Positions 1 to 11,480 of a stretch of DNA of 64,000 nt are shown one piece after another (within the stretch, counting starts at the first letter, position 1; each line of letters opens with the position of its first letter). The translations under genes were made by a program, and so were the position numbers. The notes beneath the pieces are model-generated. The model was not told where the DNA came from. It saw only the letters and a program-made list of their open reading frames with translations, and searched no databases. The DNA is taken from NCBI GenBank assembly GCA_009602725.1, contig WELB01000028.1, positions 915,953 to 979,952 on the forward strand. The letters run 5' to 3'. The stretch comes from Spirogloea muscicola (lineage: Eukaryota).

Positions 1-1570
1 GGCGGTGGCGCCGGAGCCGACGGGCCAGGCGCGCGAGGCCGAGCCGCGGGTCCCGGTGGGGGCGTCGGCGGAGGACGCTGCGTACATGCGGCGGGCGGTG
101 GCGCTGGCGCGGCGGGCGCTGGGTCGCACGTCACCGAACCCCATGGTCGGCTGCGTGCTCGTCAAGGGCGGCGCTGTCGTTGGCGAGGGCTTCCACCCCA
201 AGGCCGGCGAGCCCCACGCCGAGGTGAGATGTCCGCTGCTCTTGGCCGTCCTCAAAACCTGCGCCTTGGCCATGGCCATGGACTTGCCGGCTGCCAGCTT
301 CAACCCTTAAATCCTAAACCTTAAACCTAGACCTTGGACCCTAATCCGCGATGTAGGTCTTTGCGCTCAGAGAAGCCGGCGAGGCGGCAGAGGGCGCGAC
401 GGCGTACGTGAGCCTGGAGCCGTGCGACCACTTTGGGCGGACGCCGCCGTGCAGCCAGGCGCTGGTGAGGGCGCGCGTGGCGCGCGTCGTCGTCGGCGTC
501 GTGGACCCCAACGCCCTCGTCGGCGGCAAGGGCATCCAGACGCTGCGTGACGCCGGCATTGACGTCGTCGTGGGCGTGGAGGAGGAGCTCTGCCGCGCCA
601 ATGTGGAGGCCTTCATGCACCGCATGCGCTTCCACAAGCCCATGTCCTACCTTAGGTGCTGCACTGCACTCACACTCAATGCAAGGGCAGCCAACCACAG
701 GCCAGCACTGCAGCTTGACTATTATTTGGATTAGCAGCAGGTTGCTGTAATTCTAAAGTCTGCAGTCAGGCACTATAATTTCTCAGAGTTTTCATAACCT
801 TAGTCACATGTACGCTTGTCACGCTTTATGCTCACGTCCAGGTACTCCGTGGCTCCTGCTGGGCAGCACGCCATGGCAGAGGCTGGAAGCCATCACAGCA
901 TGCTGCTCGCTGCCATGGACGCAGTTGTTATCAAGGACACTGCCGTCCGAGCAAACCCGTGCCTCTTGTCGGCCGAGCCTAATGCCAGGCAGCCTTGTCG
1001 GTATGTAGCTGTACACTGTGACCAGGGCAGGTGCACAAAGCTTTTGCGTGGGCCTTGGAGCAAGAGTTATTAGCACTGACAGATGGTGCTCGACCGGCAT
1101 GCAGGATCATCCTGGCAGATAGCACCATGGAGTTTGACTTGGAGTCGCCAATCTTTGACACAGCCACGGCAGGTGTGGTTGTGGTTACGGACGAAGGACT
1201 CGCTGCCGAGGATGCCGAGAGGTGCCAGAAAGAAGGGCAGAGGAGCACCGAGGCGCGGCTCCTGGCCAAGGGTGCTGACGTAGTCGTTGCTGAGGAGGCC
1301 AGCATCGGGCTTGTTCTCAATGTCTGCTACTCGCGCTCCGCCTGCTCCATCCTCTGGGAGTCGTGCGGCCCTCCGGGGCCTGACAACCTTCTGGCAAATC
1401 TGGTCCTCAGTGAGGCAGCGGTGCAGAAGGTCGTGGCTGAAGCACCTGCCGGCGTTGCAGAACAGGTGGTGGAAGAAATAAGCGCAGGGATCAAGCAGCA
1501 CCTTGAGCGAAGCACCATGACTTCACACCGGGACAAGCTCGTATTCGAGGGCTATGTTCCAGGATGGTGA
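1..1570 (+). CDS. PYRD: Riboflavin biosynthesis pyrimidine deaminase (PyrD/RibD), 5' end outside window
   Basis: [10 protein letters not shown], zinc motifs PHAE|VFAL and [14 protein letters not shown], and [12 protein letters not shown] exons <1-223, 357-655, 842-1000, 1105-1570. The degenerate C-terminal reductase-like region is typical of plant PyrD. Confidence 0.93.
301..346 (+). repeat. Degenerate telomere-like (CCCTAAA) tract in PyrD intron 1
   Basis: caacccttaa atcctaaacc ttaaacctag accttggacc ctaa: about 6 imperfect 7-mers just upstream of the acceptor. Confidence 0.65.
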
Positions 1571-2571
1571 CACAGTCAATCTTCATGTGTCACATTCAGC
1601 AGAGCAGGCGAACTTGCACTTGCTCAATGCTCATTAGACCTTGCCCTGCCTGGCAATATGCTCATTGCCAGGCTCCTGTGAGTGACCCCTTTGTAGGCAC
1701 TTCCAGTCGGTCTGGCGCTAGTACAGATAGAAGCCTTACACAGAGCTGTCTTCTGTTACTCCATTGTGGAGAGATCACTGGCCAAGGCTGTGCAGTACTT
1801 CATAATATTCGACGCACTTAATTCATCACCTGTAAGTAACTGGTCATTCATGAGCTTGACACAACAAGCAGTAAGGAACACATGCGAGGTCGTTCAGACA
1901 AGCTCTTGCAGAAACTCTTTACTAGGTCTTAGAACGTGCTTCAACTGTGCAAACGAGGACTTTAAAAGGAGGTCGTTAATTGCTCCAGCACGTCTGCTAT
2001 GCTGATTGTGGGCTCGTGGCATCACAAGGGCGTGACTTAGGTGCCCGAGAACCACAACTAGAACAACTTCGCAGAAGGAAAACAGTCAGCTGAGGTGTGC
2101 ATGAGCCAGGGAGGGCCGCTCTCGCTCAGGGCACGTGTTGCTTGGGTGGAGCACGAGTACAGACGCCACAGCCGCGGCTAGCTACATTTCCAGCTCGGCA
2201 GCCAGATGCCCAATGAGAAAGCGGGGTGCTTCAAGATGCCGCTCGGAGAACTAGGCCACAAGGCCATTCCGCTCGGAATCAGCTGCCAGGGCGGCCAAGA
2301 GGGCGCCCGTCAGCGGTGGTGGAGGGCTGTCTGGTCAAGTGGCGAGCCGCGTCCGGCGCACGTCTACTCTCTGCCGTCTCCTAGAGCAGAAGAGGCCATC
2401 GCCGACCCACAACACAGCGAGGACTGGGCCTCGAGAAACTCGCCAAACCTACAACCAGAACAACTCCTTCTCGAGCGCAGCATGGCAGGGGCGGCTGCGG
2501 AGCCGGAACCGTCCTCAGTGGAGCTCGCAGTGGCGGCGGCGGTGGCTAAGAGTGGAGGGCCTGGCGAGAGC

Positions 2572-2883
2572 TCACCGATGCGCATTGACGTTGATGAAGG
2601 GCGACTTGTTGCGATCCTCCGCTGGGGACCCGCCGCCGCGCCGCCGCGAGTCGCGGGTCAGCACAAGAGGCAAAGCGCGGCGGCGGCAGCGGCGGCGAAG
2701 GCGGGAGCCATAGCCGGCGACGGGCGAGACGCGGGGGGCGGCGCGGTCGGCTCTCTCACCGGGCAGCGAGGCGGAGAGGCGGAGGACGAGGCCGAAGGTG
2801 ACGGCGAAGCCGACGACGAAGGGCCAGTTGCGGCGCGCCTCCGCCAGCGCCACCTGCCCCAGCGGCTTCCCGAACGGCGCCAT
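2572..2883 (-). CDS. Mitochondrial ATP synthase 6 kDa subunit (plant type), 57 aa
   Basis: Exons 2883-2760 and 2621-2572 with an in-frame GT-AG intron give MAPFGKPLGQVALAEARRNWPFVVGFAVTFGLVLRLSASLPAEDRNKSPFINVNAHR. This matches the recalled family pattern RNWPFLVGFAVT...EDAKNSPF. Confidence 0.85.
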   Translation of the reverse strand: MAPFGKPLGQVALAEARRNWPFVVGFAVTFGLVLRLSASLPGERADRAAPRVSPVAGYGSRLRRRCRRRALPLVLTRDSRRRGGGSPAEDRNKSPFINVNAHR

Positions 2884-3127
2884 GGCGGGCGGCGGCGGCG
2901 GCGGCGGCGGCGGCGGTCGGAGAAAAGGGATGATCTGGCAGATTGTTGGGGAGCTTGGACGACTGCAGCTGCTGATGTCAAATTGGCTATTGGTGGATAT
3001 ATGTCTGGGTGTATATATATCTATGTATGTATGTATAAGTATGTGACCTTCTTCTGCTGCGTCTCAGACGGCCACCGTTTGGGTCACACTCATCAGACGG
3101 CCCCGGCCTCGTTGGCACTCACCAAGT

Positions 3128-3164
<37 letters not shown>
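3128..3164 (+). repeat. (GCC)n microsatellite in the divergent intergenic region
   Basis: About 12 perfect GCC units; a TA/TATG-rich tract lies at about 3011-3045. Confidence 0.9.
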
Positions 3165-3165
<1 letters not shown>

Positions 3166-3650
3166 TGCAGGCGGGGCGGCGATNCCGGCCCCGCCGCCGC
3201 CGCGCGGCGGCCCTGAGGCGACAGCCGCCGCCCACCATGACCGGCTTCTCCTGCGCAGAGCCGCCGGGTAGCCCGCTTGGCACCGGGCCTGGCTTCCGCT
3301 GATGACCCTGGCTGCGGCTATGACGTGGCCCCTAGGACCGCGGCGTTGGGTTTATGGACCAATGACTGTATCTCCTTCTAAAATTTCTCTCTAAAAGGGT
3401 TTAGGGACCAACGCCTGCGTCTACTTCTGGAAGAAAGGAATGTGATACCAAATTCTACATGGAGCTTCTTCCCTGTAGGAGGTATCAGTCTCTGGGATGC
3501 TGTTGAAGCTTGACACTACAGTGGTTGGCTGAGGCAACGGCCTCCGTCGGTGCACGTTGGCGTTGCCCAACACCTTTCGCAAAGTGCTCGCGTACTTCCA
3601 TATTCAAAAACACCGTCCTGATGTGACACCTCTTATGCTTTTCTCTGCAG

Positions 3651-3728
3651 CGGCTCCTACGGGCGGTGGCGCTTTTTGCAGCCTCCGTATTTGTGTTCCG
3701 CAACTTTGGTGACCTGATGGCCATCTGA
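3651..3728 (+). CDS. TOM5: Mitochondrial import receptor subunit TOM5, last exon (first exon probably hidden at the single-N gap 3184)
   Basis: After the acceptor ttctctgcag: RLLRAVALFAASVFVFRNFGDLMAI-stop, matching the plant TOM5 C-terminus. The sequence gcggcgATn at 3182-3184 may be the start codon. Confidence 0.8.
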   Translation, partial: RLLRAVALFAASVFVFRNFGDLMAI

Positions 3729-4468
3729 CCTGACGATCGGGGTGACGACCATGCACCTGTTGCAAGCCACCTACTGCTCACTCAGCTGCGTCGCCTCTCT
3801 TGCGCCGCGCCCGCCTGATCATTAGCTTGTATTGCGGGGCACGCAAGTGAATGCCATAACGCCCCTTGGCCCTTCTCAAGAGCTCCATGACCTTTTCACC
3901 ACTCCTGAGGGTAATCAAACGCTTACAGACAGGATCTTGTTTAAGATGTTTTCGTTGCTGCCACCGAGTAGCCCCTGGTTTTCAGCACTTACGTTAAGCA
4001 AGCATCTCGGCCCGTCTTGTGTGTCTTTGGTGCAGCGGCACTAGATGAATGACCAATCAGCTAGCAGCATTCATGTTGACGATCAGCTTAATGTGTCCAT
4101 GCGGAACCTCGAAGGTGGGTGGATCCAGAAGGGATGTGCCGAATGCCATGTATGAGTTGGACAGCAGACTAATTTCAGATCCTGGGTGTCTGTTTCTTCC
4201 TGCTGTCTAATGACGCTGTCAGGGAGAGCGTCTTGCTGGTCTCATTAATCTTACAGGGGCTCAAATATGCTCTAGCAGTCCTGCAATACAATGGCTGAGC
4301 CACTTGTCGTTCTAGAGCCGCAGCTCTTCTCACTCTAACGTACTTGATTACTGTGGAAAGCCCCTATTGACTTCTCAGCGCAATCTGGTGGGGTATCTGT
4401 TTGTCGTCTTTCCCACAGACTGCAAGTTGCTGTGCACCTACTTTGTGGCGCAGCAGGGCTGCTTCTAT

Positions 4469-7400
4469 CTAGTGCAGGGGGTCGAACGCGGTCATGTAGA
4501 AGGACATTGCGCTCGCGCGTGGCTTCTCTGTACGCCCCTGCACCGGATATATGGTCCGCTCGTAGCCGTCGTCCTCACGCAGCGGGCCTTCTGGGTCGTC
4601 GCCACTGCCAGCCGTCCGCTGCTTCCACGAGGCGCCGTGGCCCTGATATGCGTAGCTGTACTTGTGGCTGCTTGCATCATGCTTATTTTCCTTATCTGAC
4701 TGCCATCCCTCCACAGCGCTCCTGCAAATGCATCACGCATAGAGGTACTTCGTGACTATTTCGCAATAGCCAAACTCTTCTCTGAATGATCGTAGAAGCC
4801 ATTGAGCAGTAGAGCACTGCATTTTTTGCATGTAGGATGCTTCCAGCGAGGATGCTAGATTGTGCGCACCTTGTATAGTTGCCATCTTGGCTAGGGGAGC
4901 ATCTTGAAGGGGAGCGAAGCGGGCTGGCAGTGACCCGCCGGACTGCCTCTGGTGTAGCACTTCGAGGCGGGCTGCTCAGACCAACACGCAGCGAGCAGTG
5001 CCTGTAGACCTCAGCTCGTGCTGCTGGTGCCTCGTGACAATTTGCTACTGGCAAATACACAATATGATTTCACGGCTGCCACTCCTCAGGTGCAGTTATT
5101 GGCCACATAAAGAGGAGCGGCGGACTCATTGCATTGCTCACCTCGGCCATGGCTGCCCCATGCGTGGCGTCTTGGGCTCTGAACCCCCGCCTGAGAGGTA
5201 TTGGCTGATGTTGCGCGCTTCTGTCGCAGTCCAGCAGCATACCATCAGCAGACGAGCACATATCAGCATGGTTGGCCACGTCAACTCCAGGTCATTGAGT
5301 TTGGAGGTAGAGGGCTTTTGTCTTGCATCATGCCGACCAAATGAGTCATCTGACCACCGAGTACTCATAAGAGCTCACAAAAGGCAACCGTGAACAAGCA
5401 GAGGGGTTCTGGCTCTAGAGCCACTTGCAATGCGCAGGCCATACTGACACATGGTGCAATGAGTGTCAAATATGTAAGCGACCGCGGCAAAGAGATTTGC
5501 TACAAGCAATATGGGCCGCCAAACAACGCCGACCTCACCTGCCCCTGAGTTTGTGGGCGTTGTAGGGTAGACGCGCGCCGCCTTCACGGCCAGCACGATG
5601 TCCTGCTCGTCGTCGTCGCTGCCACCTGACGCCACCCAGCCCTCTGCTTTCGGCGGGCTGCACAGCAGTGCAGCGGAGCAGCAACGCAAACTCGTCAGGC
5701 TTGCAATCAAACCCTCCTTGCAAGCTTGCTTGGCACGACATGCAGTGCTGCAGGCGTAGACGCTAGCGGTGTTCTGGATCTGCTGCACCCACCTCGTCGT
5801 CTTCCACGCCACCAGGTTCTTCTTAGCGGACCTTGGGGTTGTGGGTGGTGTGACCTTGGGCGCAGCGGCCCCAACCAGCTGCCGACCACTGAGGAGGGCC
5901 TTGCTGTTGGCGGCTGCTGCAGCAGCAGCAGCGGCGGCGGCGGCAGCAGCAGCAGCGGCCGCAGCGGCGGCCCTCCACTGCTGGGGCTCCTGCATGCCTG
6001 CCAGCTCAGCTTGCCAGTCGGAGTCATTGCCGCAGCTGCTGCTGTCCGAGAAGAAGCGCGCAGGCTCCAGCAGACTCCGCGGCGTCGTTGACTGCGCGTC
6101 TCTGCAGCTGCGCACGAAACAGCAGTCAGTCCCTAGCAGTCACAATTGTCTCTTATTGACATTGGCCTGCATTCATTTATGTACGTCTGTCCAGCAGTAG
6201 TTGCTCAATGCCTGCGCATTCTGATTAAGGTTCGTCATTGCCCGAAGGACACAAAGTCTTGTCGCTGCACCTGTGGTCAACGTCAGCAGATGTTGCACGG
6301 CTGCCTGTGCTCAGGCAGTCATCAGCGTCGATGCCACCGCCACCAGCTCCGCTGCCGTCGGAGGCGGCGCCCCAGAGCCCGGTGACAAGCGCCACCTGCT
6401 GGGAGCTCAGCCTGAGAGCAGGCTTGGCGCCCACCCTGGAGGCAGGAGCAGCGCCGTCGCCGGTGATGGACGGCCGTGGGATGCGGAGGCGCGGCAGCGC
6501 AGCCTGCGGGAATTCGTGCAGCAGGCCACCCAGCTCCAGCACCGCTTTCTCGCCGACTGATGGCAGCGCCAGTGCCACCGGCGCCCTCCACAGCTCCTCG
6601 GCGGCTGGACTTCTGTATAGCTCCGCCTGAGCTGAGCGCACCTGGCATGGCGCATCGTCGGTGGCCTTGGCAACGTCCTCTGGGTCTGGCACCTCCACTG
6701 ACCTCCCAGTGATAGCAGTGGTGGCAGCGTCAAGCATCGCTACCGTCTCCGGCGGTGGATCTAATGCACCCTGGTTGTCCTGGGCTCGCTCTGGATGGCC
6801 GTCCTCATCAATGGCAGGTCCGGCGTCGGGTTGCACTGCAGGCTGGTCGTTGAACATCGCAGCTTGGTCATTGCCAAGGCCGCCGGCCGCCGGGTCTGGC
6901 AAGGCCGGCTGCTGCAAGCGCTCGGCAGGCTCTGGCTGCAGGACTGTGTCGGCGGCAGCAGCATTCTGCTCAGTAGACACAAAAACTGTCGCCACCACTG
7001 CAACTGCCTCTACTGCCTCCTTGGGAGGCGGCAAAACCTGCTGGTGCGGCGCGTCACCGCCACCGTCGCCGGCGATGGCGTTGGGGTGGCTGCCATTGGG
7101 CGGGACTGGCTGCGAGGACCAGACGAGTGTCCTCCTGGCACTTCTCCTGCCGCCGCCGTTGCTGCCGCTGCCGCCGCCGCTAGCACCGGTGCCCTCGCTC
7201 AAGGGCGATGGCAACGGCGCCGCACTCGGCGGCGGCCACACGTCCTCGGGCGGCGTGCTGGAGGGGGGGCTGTCCACGAACGGGTCGGCCAGCGCCAGGC
7301 TCTCGAACACCAGCGCCTCCGCCGCCGCCGCCGTCGCCCCCGGCGCCCGGCGATAGTACGCCCGCCGGCCTGCTCGACTGGACCGGCTCCCGCCACTGCC

Positions 7401-9195
7401 GCCGCTGCCGGCCACGTCCCTGCTGCCAGAGCCCAGCGCTGTACCGTGGCCCGCAAGCTTCCGCTGCTGGGCGGGCGATGAGTGCCGCTCGCCTGCTGCG
7501 CGGCCTGCTGGCGCTTGGAAGCACACCCACAATTTCGTCGCGTCCTCGGCGGTGCCAAGGGCTGTAGCAGCGCGCAGGAGCTCCACGCCTGACCGCAGCG
7601 GACTCGCCGGTAGCCCACAGCAAGCCGCGTGCATGGCGCCGCTCGCCGCGGAGCTGCCATCAAGCAGGCAGGGCCAGTCCACGACTGCCATTGCCACCTC
7701 GCCTCCAGCTGCCGCCTCGACGACGACGGCGACTGCGCCGGGCCCGGTGACATCCCCAGCCTCGGCGGCAGCAGGCAGTAGAGCGGCAGCAGGCAGTAGA
7801 GCGGCAGCAGCGCAGCCGCTCGGCTGCTCCTTCTTGACGGATTCCTTGCCCTGAAGTGCATCTTCTGCGTTCCCGTGGACAACACCGCTGCGGGCTGTGG
7901 CCTTGCCTTCTTCAGTTGCGCAGATTTTGAGGCTGACCACGCTGTTGTCGCCTGGCGTGGCCTTGCGCCAATAACTGGGCTCTGCAGTGGCTGGCGATCG
8001 CAGCACCTCCTCGCCCTTGCTCAATTCGTCTTGCTCCTGCGCCTCTGCCGCTGCTTCGCCGGCCTTGGCAGGGACGCTGGCCAGGGCTGTGGTCGGCACC
8101 GCGTGGCTGGCCGCAGGCAGCGGAGCAGCAGCAGCTGCAACGCCGTTGCTCAACAGCTCCACCTTGACTTCCCCTTTGCCCCGCAGGGCATCTTCGATGT
8201 CCCCGTGGATCACACCGCCGCAGGCTGCGGCCTTGCCAAACTGGGCCCCACGTCCGCCGAGGCTGACCCTTGCGTTGCCGCCTGCCAAATCCTTGCGCCA
8301 CTGCGCGGGCTCCACGACACTCGGCGCAAGGAGCACCTCCTCGCCCTCGGTCTCTGTGCCTTGGAGCATCGAGACGTCATCCGCCAGCCCGAGCTTGCCA
8401 CCCAAGCGCTGCTCCTTCTCCTCCGCCTGCACCTCTGCCGCTGGCTGCACGTCCTTGGCAGGGCCGCTGGCCGGGGGTGTGGATGGCACCTTCTGAAGGG
8501 CCGCGTCTGGAGCCGCGTCCGCAGCGAAGCCGTATTTGGGTGTACGCTGCTGCGCCGCCGCTGCTTGCAAAGCGGCTACCTCGCCTGCAACTGTTGCCAC
8601 GTCCAGCGTTGACATCTCAATGCAGCCGCTGGCTGCTTCGCCACCGCGGCAATCTCCTTCAAGAGCCTCAGTGCCGGCATCGTCGCGGCTGTCCTGCTGC
8701 TGGGCCACCTCCGCACGCACCACCGCTGCAGAGCAGCGCTGGCCCTGGCCGTCGTCCTCCTGCCCCTCGGAGCTCCGCACCGTTGCGGCTCCCGTTTTGC
8801 ACTCCTTGACAGCAGCGTCCGCCGGCACTGTCGGCTGCACCGCTGCCTGCTGCAGTGCTTCTTCTTGCTGCACTTCCGCCTCGATCACTGCAGTGCTGCC
8901 GCCGTATTGCGCTGCTGGTGCCGGCTGGAGGCTCTTCGCCAGCGCTGTCTCCTGGGGCCACTCCGAGCTGCCCCGTGCGACGTTGCTGGACAGACCTTCC
9001 ATGGCTGCCACATCGCTGGCGGAGGTCGGCTCTCCGCCGTCGTCGGCTTCAAGCGCCGCCAAGGCCTTCCCGAACGGCCGCGGCGAGCCATGGGGGTCTT
9101 CGCTGAGCTTCCACGCCGCTGGCGGCGGGGCTGGCGGCGGCGTGCCGCGCACCGCCGGCCTCTTGGCCCACGTCGCGCGGCGGCCGACGCGCCGC
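4469..9195 (-). CDS. Large, low-complexity, probably disordered protein of unknown function (5' end in gap)
   Basis: About 2.9 kb open exon (9195-6272) followed by exons at about 6107-5540 (possibly split), 5220-5142, 5004-4871 and 4721-4469; the last three are phase-consistent with GT-AG sites. Rich in A/E/P/S, with no recognisable domain. Confidence 0.7.
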
Positions 9196-9609
9196 NNNNN
9201 NNNNNNNNNNNNNNNNNNNNNNNNNNNNNNNNNNNNNNNNNNNNNNNNNNNNNNNNNNNNNNNNNNNNNNNNNNNNNNNNNNNNNNNNNNNNNNNNNNNN
9301 NNNNNNNNNNNNNNNNNNNNNNNNNNNNNNNNNNNNNNNNNNNNNNNNNNNNNNNNNNNNNNNNNNNNNNNNNNNNNNNNNNNNNNNNNNNNNNNNNNNN
9401 NNNNNNNNNNNNNNNNGCCGCCGCCGCCGCGCGCCGCCATGCGGGCGGCGTGCGCCGCCGCGCGCGTGCACTGGCGGGCCGCGGGCCAAGTTTGAACGGT
9501 ACGGACCTCCCCGCCCCAACGGCTCCCGCGCCCATCCCGCCCGCCACCTCCACCACCAACACCACCTCTGTCCACCTTTCCGTTTCCCATTGGCCCATTC
9601 GAACCCCGT

Positions 9610-10345
9610 TGTTTGGTCTTGTCTGGGTTGGCCAAATGACGGCCATCGCCCTCTACTGGAATAGTCTTCCTCTCTGGCTGGCTGGCTTTTTCCAGCCCCT
9701 ATCCTTGCAAGTACTCGGATCACCCGGTGGGCGACGAGTTTGTCCCACTCGCCGTCGACGTACACGGCGCCTTTGGCGCCAAACGGCTTGACCTGCTTCA
9801 CCGCCTTGCGCGGCGAGCAGCGGCCCGCCGCCACGGGCAGCAGGGCGAGCAGCCTGGCTTCCATGTCGCCGGGTCCCTCGCCGAAGTCTACCGGGCGCGG
9901 TTGGCCGTCTCTTTGCAGCGTGTCCTAGCTTTCGCGGTCCCCTTCCAAACTTGCGCGCAGGCCGCGCTCTGGCGGCGGCCTCCGGCTTCCGTCAGGGCGA
10001 CGTCTTTCCGCCTGCTAGCTATTCAGATTTGCATCTACTGACTAGAGCTTACTGAGAGTCCGCTTGCTGTCTCAGTCTTTAGCACTCCGGCTCCTTCAGA
10101 CCTTGTCCATTCCTTTGGGCTGGCCTCTCCCAGCCACCAATTGATCTGGCCGCGCTTGCGATCCTCAGTGGGCGAGCCCTTCCTATTAGTCAGTTTCTGC
10201 GCCATCCGGCTCCTCCAGACCTTGTCCATTCCTTCGGGCTGGCCTCTCACAGCCACCAGTCAATATGGACGCGCTTTCACACTCCCTAGGGGCTGGCTTT
10301 TCCAGCCCTTATCCTCAATGGGCGAGCCCTTTCTCCCTGTTTTGG
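9610..10345 (+). mobile_element. 5'-truncated RLE (CRE-like) non-LTR retroelement, subfamily B: ORF C-terminus plus hairpin-repeat 3' tail
   Basis: 9709-10055 reads KYSDHPVGDEFVPLAVDVHGAFGAKRLDLLHRL...YRARLAVSLQRVLA...(frameshift)AGRALAAASGFRQGDVFPPASYSDLHLLTRAY-stop. It is followed by two ~70 bp units 119 bp apart (10086, 10205), and is highly similar to 62374-62600. Confidence 0.8.
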
Positions 10346-10379
10346 GCGTCTATTCTTCTCATTTGACTCCCTCTCTCTT

Positions 10380-10470
10380 GATGTAGGTTATGTAGGTATT
10401 TAGATGTGCCTGCCTTTGTACCTGGCCATTTGGCCTTCGTTTGTTTCAAAGACACGAGAATTTCCTCTTT
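10380..10470 (+). mobile_element. Subfamily A 3' tail fragment
   Basis: tgtaggttatgtaggtatttagatgtgcctgcctttgtacctggccatttggccttcgtttgtttcaaagacacg closely matches 62286-62360. Confidence 0.8.
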
Positions 10471-10554
10471 ATGGAAGAGCTTGCTCCTTGATTTCCGCGA
10501 CTAGACGCTCAATACATTCCATGACTTATGGCCCCCCACCGCCACCCCCCGCGG

Positions 10555-10680
10555 CCGGACACGTACGGGAAGAAAGTGCTCGCCCTGAGAGAAGGAAGCG
10601 TGTATAAAGAGATGAAGGGGGGCTAGCAAAGCCAGCCCAAAAAAGACTGACAATGTCCAAACGGGAGGAGAAGGCTCGCG
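10555..10680 (-). repeat. Inverted subfamily-B tail unit
   Basis: Shares gaagaaagtgctcgccc and the gggct...gccagcc...aaaaaaga segment with 59846-59905. Confidence 0.6.
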
Positions 10681-10699
10681 GTACGCATGACATGAAAGG

Positions 10700-11030
10700 G
10701 TGGTCAATCCAAGCCAATGCAATATCCAGGCAAAGAGGTACGGATGCGAACGAAGGCCCTGCATCGACCTTTCTATATTTGCGACGTCGTGTGTCAGCCT
10801 GTTTGCAGCGAGCTCAGGCTCATGCTTTGCACCAGAAAGCTGGTCGAGCCTTATTAGCTGGTGGCACAAGTGCTTGTCAGTCGCCCTCCATATTGGGGCA
10901 TCAGTTAGCGACCTCAACGTGCTAACTCGTGGTCACTGAGCGGGTCAGCTTGGCAGCAGGGGATGTACATCTGTCAATGTCCTTGCCTTTGTACTTGGCC
11001 ATTCAAGCCCTCCATCACTCGATGCACACT
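10700..11030 (+). mobile_element. Subfamily A RLE retroelement 3' fragment
   Basis: Reads LYLRRRVSACLQRAQAHALHQKAGRALLAGG...SVSDLNVLTRGH-stop followed by the A-type tail; homologous to 62100-62340. Confidence 0.85.
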
Positions 11031-11367
11031 CCAGTCCCTACATTTCTGCTTTTCTGGCACCTTCACACCTTTGTTCGTTCATTTTCTGGGCTGGCCATTA
11101 CAGCCATCGCCCTCCGCTGGAAAAGTCTTTCTCTCTATCTCGAAAGTAATTCGGTACAACGCCCAAAGTGCGCACGGTGCTCATGATGCAGCGGACATGC
11201 CTTCCATGTTGTGCAGGCGTGCCCTTGCTACCGCCTCCGGAGATTGGCAGGGGCTCCGAAGTTGGCTTAGCTATTTTCTGCTCAAGCCTTTCCAGCCCAA
11301 GGTGCTCGGCTCTGGTATGACCGGTGCACCTTCCACGCGTAGGCTGTGATGACGAAAGCCCCCCCTG

Positions 11368-11480
11368 TTGTAAGACTACGTCATGCTTAGGGCATGTTGT
11401 GGGCAACAACGGAATTCGTGTCGACCCTATGGTGAAGTGCAGTAGTAAGGACAGAGGGTACCACGGATTATGCCGCAGGT
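11368..11480 (+). mobile_element. Possible Ty3/Gypsy reverse-transcriptase remnant
   Basis: Translates to CLGHVVGNNGIRVDPMVK...RGYHGL, resembling the Gypsy RT C-terminal motif FLGHVV...GIxVDPxK...VRxFHGL. Very short. Confidence 0.45.

Noticed and set aside
1..655. Bacterial ribD contamination or recent HGT
   Set aside because: It has spliceosomal introns and the standard plant PyrD architecture.
2206..3216. 336-aa plus-strand ORF and similar antisense ORFs at 6.2-9.8 kb and 34-36 kb
   Set aside because: Shadow frames of GC-rich genes on the opposite strand, with no motifs.
10056..10345. CRISPR array interpretation of the palindromic units
   Set aside because: Eukaryotic context, no cas genes, only 2-3 units per run, irregular spacing, and linkers partly homologous to each other.
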